From assembly GCA_043228905.1 (NCBI GenBank), contig JBHGNT010000001.1, positions 25,730,001-25,794,000 of the forward strand: 64,000 nucleotides of DNA, in the 5' to 3' direction. The notes under the pieces were generated by a model. That model did not search any database. It saw only the letters and a program-made list of their open reading frames with translations, and was not told the origin of the DNA. The stretch comes from Azolla caroliniana (lineage: Eukaryota > Plantae > Polypodiophyta). Position numbers and translations under genes: made by a program. Positions 22,256 through 39,572 of this stretch are shown in pieces; positions within the stretch are counted from its first letter, which is position 1, and each line of letters opens with the position of its first letter.

Positions 22256-25200
22256 GACCCTTTTACCTTTCTCAAGAGTACCTACAACCTTCATTAACAT
22301 GTCATAATATTGTTTTTCATCAAGCTCAATGAAATATTATAGTCTTGCTAGCTTACCCTTACAATGTACTTTTGGATGTTTTTGTTATATGGTCGTAGTG
22401 GATCAAACTTCCCTATTTTCTTTGGAATTTGTACCATGTTGACACTTGAGTCTGGTTCTTGAACTCTATGACCTAGCTTCCTGCCTATGCAACATAACCT
22501 TGACATAAAGTTTTTATTGGGATAAAAAGTAGTTATGCCATGTGTCAACGTTTTAACATTAGTCGTACTCATTCCACAAACATAAAGAGACATTTTTATT
22601 CCCACGTTTTCCTTGTAAATAAGTAATTGCAATTTGCCCACTTATTTTGGTGATCCTCATATGAATCACATCAATTTTCTTACTGCATGTCAAGTCATCA
22701 TTCATCAATTGATAGTGTGCGCAACCATTCTAGTGTATATAGTCTTGTTTATGGCTTTTTCGGAATTTGTTGAATGTAAGTGCCATTTCAAGAATTATGG
22801 TAAGCTAGAGTGGGGTATTGATTTGCAAAATATTTGTAATTAGATGCACATAAATGTAAAATAATAAATTGCATCAATTACACTATCATATTACAGTTAT
22901 GAGATGTTGAATTTTTAATACTTAACATAATTGCATTCAAATATTCGTGATTATTTAAACAAATAAATTTGTAAAACCACATGCGCAAGGAGGGAGAAAT
23001 CAAATTACAAAATATGTCCAAGTGCATTGGATTAGACTGATTGTGCCACAATTGTAATACTCCAACTAAAGCACATTGATGCAAACTACTTTATGGTTGG
23101 ATTCAAATATTAGTGGAAATGACTTTGCTTGAACCATGTTAAATAAGAGGCATTGAATTGCATTACATCATATGCAATCACATTATATTAAGTTGTGATG
23201 CTAGATGTTAAGCAATGTGGAGGTATCTTGAGTAAGTCTTTAGCATAAAGACATGCTTGGTAATATATATGTATCATGTATGTATATAAATTGTGATACC
23301 ACAAAGATCATTGTGTAAAGTAGTAATAAAGGTACATGTTGCATTTTAATTGTTATGACTCATCTACAGTGTGCGGAATGTTCTTGTGTAATTGGCCTTT
23401 TGTTAACATGGCAACGATAATGCAATGAGGTGGAATGGTGCATTGTGTGGCATGAACTTATAAATCAGGTTATCCATATCTACGGGATGTTGACTGTTCT
23501 TGTGTACTTTTCATAATGTTTAAGCATTGTGAAATGCATGTCTAGTTGCTAGATGCGGGATCTAAATGCCCATTAGGCTATGTGCTTGAGATTAGATTTG
23601 GATCCACTCTTGTATAGCATGTTTGTGACCTCTCGTAGAGTTGAGAAAAGAACATTAGATGGACAACCTTATTTGAGGACACAAACATAATAAGAGTTTT
23701 TATACACACATAATTTGTACCTCCAATAAATTCATAGAAGATATGATAGGAGAAATGTAGGCATGTGATTTCCCATCATATCCATCCAATATGTAGTCAT
23801 CCCTCTGACATGGGACATAGCCCAATAATAGCTACATATAATATACCAAGCATTCATTGAACTTAGACAACTATGTTGCAAATTAGCCATAGTTAAGATG
23901 GCTATACCTACACACATAACTTTCCTCCTATAGGATAGTCATGAAACAAAATTTCACACTACCATCCATTATTATAGCCATCCTATGCCAATTTAGGCTA
24001 TCCATCCTAACATTCATTGACCTTGGACAAAATACCTTGGTTCACTTGGCTATGTTTATATGAATAATAGTGTTGTGAAGTTATTTTCACCCTACCAATA
24101 TGGTTCATAATTGGCATATGCATGGGGGTATTGTTCATCTTATTGCATCAATATATACCATTCACTAAACCTAGACAACCCCTTAATTTTTGGTCTAGTT
24201 CACATAGACATATGATGGTCCTCTAAACATTGGGAGGGCATTTGCCACTCGACAACATAGAGTTAGGAACCACCTCATATACTCAATGAGCCTATACTAT
24301 GATTATGTGCAAGTTTTTTTGGGTTATGGTATTGTAAGTGCATGGCTTGTTTGGGTCTTGCCACATGTCTGGTTCACTATTGTTAGAATGCAAACAAGTG
24401 CCATCTTCATGACAAAATCTTGTTGATATGTCACTACCCATCTTAATATTATTTAAGGAAAATCACCAAATTAACCCAAAATTCGTAGCTAGTTACCAAG
24501 GCACTCGTTTTTCCTTGGCAAATTTCCTTGAAATATCCCTACGTTTCCAAAGCTACCAAAATATCCCTACTTCCCCGTAAAGCACTTTTAACTATAGTTG
24601 CCTAATTTCATTAACTCTTGTCTTAACACTAATCAATTGTCTCATTAAAACTAGCGCATGAAAAAAAATTCACACGAATGGAATAGGGTTAAGTGCTAAA
24701 GACACGCATAAAATTTAGATTAGGTGAATTAAAGAGGGATCGGTCAAAATAAGCCTTAACAGAGCCCCAATATATTAGAGACAAAGAGGTGTTTTGAGGG
24801 TGGGGTTGAATGCAACAGACCGGCTATTGAGTTCGATCGACAAATACACACACATGCACACACAGACACACACACACACACTCACTCACTCACTTCTACA
24901 CACAAACTTGGGGAAGAAGAACCATTGTGTTCGATCGACACACACAAACACGCTTAGGGAAGAACGACTTGTGTTGTGAGTGACAATTATGTATATGTCT
25001 GGATCATATGAAGAGGAACAACAACAACACACACACACACACAATTACTTCAGTCTTCAATAAAAAGAAAAGAATAAAGAAAGAAAGAAAGAAGAAAGGA
25101 GAAAAAAAAAAGAAGAAAAGAGAGAGAGAGAGAGAGGGAGGGAGAGAAGTAGTGTTGTCATGATGAACATGACCACCATTTGATTGATTGTTGAGATCAA

Positions 25201-26528
25201 AAATAAAAAATTAAAATCCTTGTCTTCTTTTAATCTTTACTTTACTTGTTATTTTTTGCTTTCCTTCTTTCTGGTTTTTTTTCTTTTTTTTTGCTTTTTT
25301 TTGTTGCTTTTTATGGGGTCCAAGAATGAGAGAGTAAAATTTGAAGCAACACATCCATCCCCTTCCCTTCCACTGTCCTTTTTTTTTTTCCTCTGATTTT
25401 TTATTAATTGCTTTTTGATTCTCTGTCTCTCTCTTCCCAAAAGTAAAAATCTCTCCTTGCCTCAGAAAATTAATAATAATGTAAAAAAGCAATACACATT
25501 TACATACATATGTACATTACATCATACATGTGTTTGTGTGTGTAGATTATTGATTTATTTGAGTAAATAAAGAAATAAATCATTTGATTTTTTCTTTGAG
25601 CATGTGCATATATTTTTGTGTGTTGTCTATAAATATAAATTTGCAGGCCTTCCTTCCTCTGCTTCAAATTTGAAGGAGAAGACAGAAGCAGCTGCTGCAG
25701 ACCAATTTCATCTTCATTATCATTTAATTTCACCTCTAATCTAAAACCTTCACAATCCCTTCATTACCCTACCACCTCCACAGGTTTCCCATCTTTTTGA
25801 AACCCTTCTCCTCAAACCTCTTTTGCCCCATTCTTTTACCCCCTTCGATTTTCTGCAGGTCTCTCATTTGATTGGATTTCTTTCCTGTAAGCATTATGTT
25901 GATCATGTCTTTTTTTGGGGGGGGGTTCATTTGATTCTTTCCTGGAAGCATTATATCTATGTCTTTTTGTTGTTTCTTTCTAATTATAATTCTTTCCTAC
26001 TGAATTCTATTTGAATAAAATTATATAATTCTCCTCCTCTCTCTGTCTGTGAATGTGTATTTATCAATCCTGAAGACAAATCCCCCCATACAGACCTCAC
26101 CCTTTTCGTAAATTATGTCGCTCAAAAATGATTTGCTGCAAAAATGTTATGGGGCTTTATACCGTTAAGTGTGTGTGTGTGTGAGTGAGTTAATTTTCTG
26201 CAAGGAATGTTGGTACAGAAGTTTTTGGCGAGAATTCTGTGCGGGGAATGTGATGCCTAAAAATAGTTCATTTCGTTTTCTCTGCATCAATCTTCTGAAT
26301 CGAGAAAATTTCTCCTTCTTTTTTTTTTTAACCTGTATAGAGATCAATAAGAATTTCTTTTTTGTTTTAAATGGATCTCCCCATTATGTATATATAGTAG
26401 CTTCACAACAAATTTATGTTTAATTATTATAATCATGATGTTAAAAGAAAAGAAAAAGATCAAATCAAATGGTGTAAGAAACTGATGGGTTAGTGATGAT
26501 ACATTCAATCAAAACAGAAGAGAAGAGG

Positions 26529-30170
<3,642 letters not shown>

Positions 30171-31099
30171 AGAAGACAGGTGAATATAGATTGAAACCAT
30201 CTCAATTCTAGCTCTAATTCTGATTGATTCTCTATTTTATCATTGTTTTGACATATAAATTTATTTCTTTTTGTTATGATCTCAATTTAGATATTTTGTT
30301 ATCAGGGTCATCATAGACAGAGCTCCTGGTCCTACTACAATACACAACCCAGATTGACAAAGAAACATTTGTCTTGGTGAAGTCTATATTCAGCATTCTC
30401 TAGAAAACAAAAAAGCAAACAAAAATAAAGACCATTGTATGTATTTCCAAATGCAAATGCACATATTCTTATGTATGTATGTATAAAACTGATGCCCTTT
30501 GGATCGTCCGGGGAAAGAACTCTAGTCTAAGTGTATTTTGGGTAACCCTTTGTTTCAGGCGAGAGCGGTTAGTGTGTTATCAATCATTCGCACATATATA
30601 TGTTAATTGAGCCTCTTGTAAACTATCGTTTGCAAACACACGCCCAAGGCCATCTTCTATTTTTGTTAGCGTGTGGATGCTTTGTCAAATCGTCGTTGCA
30701 ATTCATCTTTTGCCACTACGAAGGGCATCTATTTTTTTTTGTTAGTGTGCAAATCTAGTGGTTAAGATATAATGCTCCTATTGTACACATGCATATATGC
30801 ACGTTCACTTGCAGACATTTGTTAATTTGCTTATGGAATAACACATGTTAGGATGTAGATTGCAATTCGTGAACCTAAAGTGTTGAATAATACCACTTCC
30901 AAACTATGGTAGTTGTTAATATGTTATTGCATAGTGGCGTCAAATATATTGCATGATATTCTTAATGTCGCAACAATGTGAAGAGACTATTAGATTTGAA
31001 TATGTATTTTCAATTGTCAAGTAAAACTCTGTGAAAGTGGATTGATTCCTTTTTTGTAGGATGGTATTGCATGGGTGGCATTTGTGGTTAACCCATGAA

Positions 31100-31173
31100 T
31101 CTTGAATTACAAATACTAGTTCATAGTTCTTGAATTACAAATACTAGTTCATAGTTCTTGAATTACAAATACT
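31100..31173. repeat. 28-bp tandem repeat, ~2.6 copies
   Basis: TCTTGAATTACAAATACTAGTTCATAGT repeated. Confidence 0.9.
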
Positions 31174-32010
31174 TTTATTCTTATGTAATGTCATAAGTTG
31201 GAGATTCAAACTTTCACATGATGTGTCCATAATATTCCTTAACTTGATATGTTTCTTTTTCATTTCATCTTTTAAGTTACTCGAATTCCAACAATCTCAA
31301 TCCTTTATAAAATTGCAGATAATTCTACACCATAAAAAAATATTTGCCTCGTCAATAGCCCATCTGTCTTCGTTCACTCACTCCTCATTCCTGACATAAT
31401 TGTATTTTACCAGACCTTCATGAGATGGTTTAATTTCTTCTTGTATTCATTCTACCAACTTGTCATAATTTCACATTGATCAAAGTGTTTTACTATTTTA
31501 TTCACAATCTCAAAGATAAAATTTTATAAGTACTCCATAATGAAATTCATTATCTCACGTTCACAATTTGATTACATCACTTGGCGAAAACTTTTTTACA
31601 TCTTGCTAGGGGAAACATGGGCTCTCGTTCGTTGTTTCTAGAGCATCAAAATTACAGATTAATTTTTAAAATATACATTACAACAATATAAAATAAGTCT
31701 ATATACTCATGTTTAAGAATATACATTATGACAAGATATAATAATAATTCTATGTATAATCATTTGTTGTGATCAAAATGGTAACCATGTGATTTAAAGA
31801 GAAAAAGCAGACAATAAAGAGAAAGGTTACCAAACTTGAATTTCTTACATAAATTTCATACAAAGTAAAAATATAGAGATATTTACAAAAGAATCTACAC
31901 ACACATGACAAGCATAATTTGTAGCAGTCTTGCTGTAAACATGCATTGAAATGTGTAAATACTTTACTTCTTTAGCAATGTCTGCCGCCCAACAGACACA
32001 TGGAGACACA

Positions 32011-32012
<2 letters not shown>

Positions 32013-32078
<66 letters not shown>
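32013..32078. repeat. (AC)n microsatellite
   Basis: Pure dinucleotide run. Confidence 0.97.
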
Positions 32079-32080
<2 letters not shown>

Positions 32081-33399
32081 TATGTGCACATTAATAACAT
32101 ATTAGCATCAAGTCTATGTTAAACTGTTAAATTTTTAAAGACTAATTCATATAGATGCTCTATGGCTTTTCTGGGTGCATTGACCATGACAATATCAATC
32201 AGTTGATGATTAGTACATGTGCAAAACATGTAAAGGACAAAATGTTTAGGTGTAATTTGCGATCGATTTTGTCGACGCATCTTTAAAATCTAAATTGAAG
32301 TTTGAGGACCTTATGGTCTAACTTCTAAGCATCTTGCCAAACATACAAAGATTTTTCAGATGTATATTTCTAAAGTTCAAATATCTGAAGCATAGCATCT
32401 TTATACACCGCTAGTAAATATGCATACATTGACAAAAGTTGTGAAGAAAAACTTATTTTATGTTTCCCCATTTGTTGTGCTTTGTATGGTAACTTTTCTT
32501 TAGTCGTGCACATGTATCATGCATTTGCTAGCTTACTTAACTCATAAACAATGTTTTGTGTTTACATCATTTTATTGTCTTTTATTTTTACATCAATACA
32601 GTGGCGTTGTTTTCTTTATATAGATATAGATATATATACAAACAGAGAGAGAGAGGGAGGAGTGGACATGTTAGGTAAGCGAACTCTAATATCTGAAGTC
32701 AAGTTTCTCATTCAATGTCATTGATAAACAATATCATGGAATGTATTGTGATACCAAATATACATAATCACATCATGCAAAAAAATAGTTTAGACATCAT
32801 TTGTTGGTGGTGCGGTAAAGCTTGTGTTTTGCAACATTAAGGTTGCGGGTGGAAGTCTCAAGCAATGGGTTTGACATTGAAATGAGATCATGCCACTAAC
32901 AATTTGCTTCCAATAAATGGCTTGACATTGACATCTTTCAACAATGCATGGAGAGGTAAGGATAGGTGAGAGATGTGACAAGACAAACAAAAAAGAGTCT
33001 TGTACTTGACACATATATGTGAGGTGGGCATAAAGGAGCATGGTTTACATCTGAAAGATTTTTCAAATGTACATCTTAAAGACTCATTCCTTTTGTATTA
33101 GGGTTGTCCCATGGGCCATAGTGATACATGTATGTATATATAGGTGAGATATTGACAAGACACTGAAAAAGTGTCACATACTTTACACCTATATGTGGGG
33201 TGGATACAAAGGAGTATGTTTCATTGTTTTTATATTGCTTTCATATCATTACTCTTGTATTAGGGTTGTACCTTAGTGGTAAGGCATATTTTTATCACCA
33301 TGTGCATTGGACTTAATATCTTACAACTTTCACGACATGGCTCAATGATGCACTGTAATGTAGAAGTTGAACCGATGGACACCTTATGAATTATGCCCT

Positions 33400-34900
33400 T
33401 ACTCTCCCTCTAGCTCGTGCACACACCCACATAATTTAAGAGGCCATTCTTAACCATATCACCTTGGAAGTACAGACAAGTAAGGGGCACATGGTGTCTC
33501 AACATTTGCATTACTAATAGCAAAGATTAGCTTGGTTCCAAACTCAAAAAACATAGAAGAACTATTACTACCGCACTTGGCTCCAATGTTGAGGATCCTC
33601 GTTTTTTAGTTCTATTATGAGTTTTCATGCTCTAAAATAAAAGTGTTTCGCACCACTAGGCATTTCTTATATTCTACATACTTCTCCCTTCACTGAGTCA
33701 TTTCTCTACTACACTGCCAAATTAAAATCATATTGTGCAGACTAACTAGTCTATATAATTTTTAATACTTCTAAATAATGAATAGTCCTTGTTTTTCTTT
33801 GTGGATGAACACATCATTTAAAAATATTAAACACATTTTCAACGCATCTTCAATCAATTCCACATCCTCCAATGTCATTATCTATTGAACAATAGCCCAT
33901 TTCTCTACCATAACCTACTAAAAGGACTTAACTCAACCATTCCATGGCATCAAGGGTGGATATAGATATTTCCATGGCCACCTTGACGCATGTCTTAGAC
34001 TTTATCAAACATGTTGCCATTATCTAAAAAATAATTCTTGTAGCATATGCATTATAGCTAGGTGTCAAGCTTGGGGCACTATGTTAGGGAGGTTCTAGCA
34101 CCACAAAACCAATTTGGTTCAACATCAATATTTGAAACATTGATTTGAATATGCTCTTGCAATTCTTTGTTATAGGAATAATCAATTGTATCGCTAATTC
34201 CAATTGTTTAAGGGTACGACGAGCGAGGAACATTTATCCTATGACTTGGTTGACACATTGTTGAGAGTCTTTATGTTCAACTCTTGTCCTTTCTCATGGA
34301 GTGGTTGGTGTAATTGGAGTAAGAAAATCCACTCTTTTGTAATCTTTAAAAAAGTGTTTAATGCTTATCATCACTATTCAATTCATAATATTTTTGTATA
34401 TAAACTAAGATTTCCTTTTTCTTTCGTTTTTCCAATTTAGTGTTCATTTTGGTGTAAGCCTTATCAACTTGAACTAGAATGTTCTTTTTGGGGCAATCTT
34501 GTCAAGTCTTCTAGTATTTATGGCCTCGCTTGAGTTCGTCTACAAGATTGCGTCTTATATAAAGATCAAGAGTGCTTCAAAACCAAATTCATGGGACTCG
34601 ACCAATGATATTATAAGTAACTTGGGAATTTGCAACAAGTGAGTACCAAGAAGGCACAACATCGTATATACTATTGATATCTCAACAAGTTATGCTCTAG
34701 GGGCAATAGCCCCCCATTTAGGCTTGCTAACATACCTACCCCCATTCATATGGATTACCCCACCCTGTTGAGGTTGATGTTGCATGTCATTGAGGGTCTC
34801 TACCAAAAGATGAAAAGTTGTGATGTCCAACCACTTGTTTATGTTTATATTACAAAAAAAGAAAATGATTATGTTTGTTGTATTACCAACTCCGTCCAAC
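33400..34900 (-). mobile_element. Possible ancient LINE relic
   Basis: LDITTFHLLVET resembles the APE motif DILFLVET, and a PNWF linker-like motif occurs near 34110; heavily decayed. Confidence 0.25.
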
Positions 34901-36420
34901 CAAACTACAGAAGTTAAAGGCCCAACTTCTAGCGATTTACCAAGAGATTAAAAATGTTTGCAAGCTACGACATGCCTTGTGCATCATCTTTAAGGTTATC
35001 CAATCAATCTGCAACCATGTAAAAAATGTAAAAAACTCCAATAGGAGCTCATTTCAATATTATGTGAAAATTCATAGGAAAATATTAAGTGCTAGGTTAT
35101 GGAGGGGATCCATGTTTTCTGGAGACGAAATGAACTTTCTCCACAATATCTCAAGCAATTTTGGAAATGGTTGTGGAACATAAAATGAGTTGGAAATTGT
35201 CTGTTTTTTATGGTTGTTGATTTCTAGAGCTATACCAGTTAATGGTTGGCCAAAAAAGGGTGAATTTAGACAACGTGTATCCTTTTTGTACAAATCTAAT
35301 AGAGATTGCTAAGCATTGTTTGTAGAGTTATGATTTTGTGATGGAAATATGGAAAAGAGTCATAATGTTGTTGTTACCAATATATCCTTGAATGGTGTAT
35401 ACATGGGGAGCGGTATTAAGGGCGATGGTACAAGATCAACCAATGGTATATGAGATATGGTTTGATGCAAAAAACAAGTATACCTCTAATTCCACAAATA
35501 GAGACTGGTAAACCTAAAATGTGGCAATTGGTAAGTAGTATCACAATGTGGTATATTTGAAAGGCCAAAATGTTTGAAGGTATTCCAAAATGTGACCGAA
35601 AGACATGCCTAAATAATTTCTAGGATTTGGACATAGATTGTGCATAATCTCAAATATTCGTTGGATAACATAAAAGGTAATACACAATAGGCAAAGTTAC
35701 AACGATTGGAGTTTCATGCCATATGGACAAAGGAATATTTTATGGGAGGATTTCTGCCAATATGGAGTAGTTCTACTCTACACCAAAGTATTTATTTAAA
35801 CCCCCACTTAGAACTTATCACATGGGTCATTACCTATATGTACATGCTTCATGTATAATCTTAAGGCGTTTCTTAATACTAATACACTATCTTTCTTGGC
35901 AAATAATAATAATAATTAATTAGAATTAGATCTTTTGTGATGTATATCCATGGGGATTTGAGCAAATGTATTTATCCAACATTTTAGAACCCTTCTTTGT
36001 GTAACAAACTCCTTTGTGTGAATTATCAATGGCTTAACAATGTCCACATTCAAAACAAATATGATTTGTAATTTATCTCAAGTGTGTTAATGCATCTTAG
36101 TGGTGTAAAGAATCTCACAAAAAATTATTTCCAAGATTCCTTTAATATTGTCTAAATTCGTTCAAGGGATGAGTAGAAACTTTTCTTTGACACTCAAGAT
36201 TGGCATTTTGAGAACACAATGAAGAACATGTTATAAAAAGAGACTTAACCTATTGTACCACATTTACTTAGTCACTTAGTTAAACATTGAGTTAAACACG
36301 AAATCAAGATTAACAAGGCTTATCCATTTATTGGAAAACCAACCACAATCAAGTATGTTTGGCCATATGCTTTATATGTTTTACACACATTTATTAATAT
36401 AATTGTGTGTTTTTGCCAAG

Positions 36421-38125
36421 GGGAGAGAGAAAGAAAGATATGTAACCATTCAGTTAAGTGCGCGCCACTTAAGTGCATCATTCTATTAAGTGTGCTTTTT
36501 TTATAGAGGTCAAAATCCCGATCAAAAAAATTACATTGTTCATGATGAAACTACATCAAACAAAATAAAAACTATGTTCCAAACATTCAAAAAACAATAA
36601 AAGAAAGGAGTTTCTAACAAAAAAAAAATTTAAAAGAATTTGTTACGTGATGGTGGGTGGGGTCTCCTGGAAATGCACAAAGAGAAATGCAAGGAAAAAA
36701 GAACCAAATCTCAGAATTGGTCTCTCCCGTCGTAGCGTTTGTGTGCGTGTTATGTGTTGTATGTGTGTGTGTAGAATGGTGAGTAGGTAATTTTGATTCT
36801 CGTTAAAGAAAATAAACTTTCCTACTTAACCCAATTATCCATTTCCTTTTCCGTATTCATTCAATCTTAATTATGTTTCTTTCTTTCTCTCCCTCTCTCA
36901 CTTTCTTAATTTTGTTTCTTTCTCTCCATCTCTCCTCCTAAACATTTCAACAAGAGTATGCTGAAACCATAAACATTTCAGGTCAATTATATCACATTAA
37001 TCAATCACTTTTCTAATGAAGAAACATATGATACGAACAGAGAAGGGGAAAATTTCAGGAAACCCTAAAAAATTTCAAAAAGCCCCAAATTTTTTCAAAA
37101 AACCCCTAAATGCGCAGCTCAGTTAAGTGCGAACTTAACCGAATGGTTACTGTATATTAAAGTCTTGTAAGACCAAAATTGACCCATGAGACAATTGTTT
37201 CACAACAAAAAAGGGGTGTTTACTCGATCATTGAAAAAAAAATAAAAAAAATAGAACTTATGCTAAAAGAGTTCTAGTATTGTACAAAGCATGTTATGGT
37301 GTAACATATTCAATTGGCTTTGTATTCAGCCTGGTTTCATGTCCATCCAAGTCTCTCGAAAAGTAGCGGGAAGTCAAAGGGTTTCGATGTGGGTGTGGTG
37401 CATGGTACCCCGTCATAGCTTCTAGGCAATCTAACTCACATTCCCTTATTTTTGAATTGCTTCTAGACCATGTCGAGTTGCGTTCAAGCTCGACATCCAA
37501 GGGTGTTTGATTGTTCTTTGGTTTTTTGCTTCAGCACGAGAGAGGCCGACTGGTGCAGGTGTGTCCACATTCATCGTCTCCCCCTATCCCTGAAAAATTT
37601 CATTGGTTACATGTTGGTGAATATTAGAAAGGTTATTGTAAACATTTTGTAGCTTATTCTCTCAATGTTGTTTTAGCTCTAATATATATCTACCTAATTT
37701 CTTTGTATTTGGAGTATCTAATAGTTTAGAGAGGGGCTGAGTATGTCTTGGTATTTTGCCCTTATCTCGGTGTAAGTTGGACATTTGCATGTAAAGTGAT
37801 ACTCATCTCTATTTCCATGTGACATAATCTACATATCCTTCCCTCTCTAGGGACTCCCTTTCTTATCAAATGCACTAAGGGTTGCCATTGGACAATGTAG
37901 AATATCATCTCACCAACTTGATATTGAGTTAGTGCATTTTAGATATTTTGGTCATGTAATAAAACCTAACTTAGAGAAGTGCATGAAGTGTTCCTTATAG
38001 CACAACATTTTAAAAGGGAGTGGCTCTAGTGGGTTAATCCATTTATATCGAGTGTAAATTTGTCATATTTCTTGGCGTATTACTTTATTATGGTCCTCAT
38101 GAGAGGTTAAAGTGTTATTAATCTC
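36421..38125 (-). mobile_element. 5'-truncated second copy of the RTEX LINE family
   Basis: 37153-38120 is a diverged reverse complement of ~14370-15378; CT-rich tail continues at 36421-36440 beyond the inserted MITE. Confidence 0.88.
36440..37152. mobile_element. Tc1/mariner (pogo-like) MITE inserted in the LINE tail
   Basis: TIRs GTAACCATTCAGTTAAGT (36442) and ACTTAACCGAATGGTTACTG (to 37152), TA flanks; left terminal CA degraded. Confidence 0.75.
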
Positions 38126-38427
38126 GTGGAGAGAGAGAGAGAGAGAATGTGGGGATCATTTCCTCAAATGCATATTCAAGTTTTTTAATAGCATTACAGA
38201 ACGTCCCTCTTCCTACATAGGCATATGATAGGCAGAGAAGACTAAGAAGTGTTGTAACTAAATGGATTTTACATACAATTAATATAATTGTGTGCTTTTA
38301 CCAAGAGAGAGAGAGAGAGAGCTATGGAATGTAGCATCTAGTTAAATAAGAGATATCTATGGGGAAATAGAGAGTTGAGAAAATTGGGTTCAACGACTTA
38401 CCTCTAGGGTAAGCTAATTATGATGAG

Positions 38428-38429
<2 letters not shown>

Positions 38430-38473
<44 letters not shown>
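38430..38473. repeat. (GA)n microsatellite
   Basis: Pure dinucleotide run. Confidence 0.95.
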
Positions 38474-38474
<1 letters not shown>

Positions 38475-39572
38475 CCATGGATTAAACCCCTACAATCCAC
38501 AATGGCATATAGTAAATTAAGAGGATCTATTTAGAGTAAATAGAGAGGAGAGAGATTTGAGTTTCAAACCCAAGACCTAGGGTGAGAGATCACTAGGGTA
38601 AGGTAAGAGAGAAAGAACTTTATAATGATTTATATTATTTGTGATCTTCTAGACTATAATTGCCACAATCTCTTCAACTCTTCTTCTTCTCTCCTTTTTC
38701 CCTGATCTAGACTTAACAAATACAGTACTTACAACTGCAGGAATTAACTCAAGATCCAAGACAAAGAAATTCTACCCTTCGTGGATACTTTTGAGCAATG
38801 TTATTATAACTTCCCGCCATATCATTCCTTGCCTGTAATAAAAGAAAAAGAAACTCAAATACTTCCAGACTCGGCTCAATTCTAGATTGACAGCCACCTT
38901 GAAAAGCAAAGTTTCACATGTTGTGCAAGATGGTTGTCCAATCACAAGTTACCCAAGATTACAGCAAGGAAAAGTAAATAATATATATCAATTCCTCTTT
39001 GTTCCAATCATAACTATCAAGATATGTATGAATGGTGATTACAGATGTATCCTGTCATATTAACAGGTGCAGCTTGTTCAGTTTCTCAATGAAAAGATGA
39101 AAGATCCATTCAGACAAAATCACGTAGGGAAAAAATGAGTTTCTTCTTGGGGTTTATAAATCATCACAATATTCATTCAATATGCTGCACCAGCAGACCC
39201 ACTGTTTTGTGAGCATGATGGCGCATTACTCAAAAGAACAACTTTCATCTAGCAGCTTTGGAACATTGTGTCTCCAAGACGAACTGATAAATGTTCCAGA
39301 CTAAGAAACAGAAGGTTGCAATGATGACCATTGATGCTGAAATTTGAAGGTTACCAATGTAGTATTCAAGTAGATGTCTATGAATTAAAAAAATAGAACT
39401 AGCACCCTTGAACAACAAACCATCCGATAGGGCTTTTAGCTTTCTCACAGGAAGCTCTTCAGTTATAGCAAACATTAACTTTATACAATGTAATGAAGAC
39501 TCCCTCACACACATTGATGCTGGCCAGTACCTAACCAGCTTTCATTAGAAGCAGCAATCAGCAAATATTTTA

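Noticed and set aside
24455-24600. Mutator-like terminal repeat
   Set aside because: Short internal repeat AAATATCCCTAC only; no matching inverted end found
32960-33270. Diverged direct repeat (period roughly 160-175 bp) as a functional element
   Set aside because: Looks like an old tandem duplication; the A-box-like TTAGTGGTAAGG nearby has no B-box
36380-38310. ~45-bp direct repeat (36380-36430 / 38265-38310) as the LINE TSD
   Set aside because: The right copy is ~140 bp from the LINE junction and diverged; more likely an older duplication
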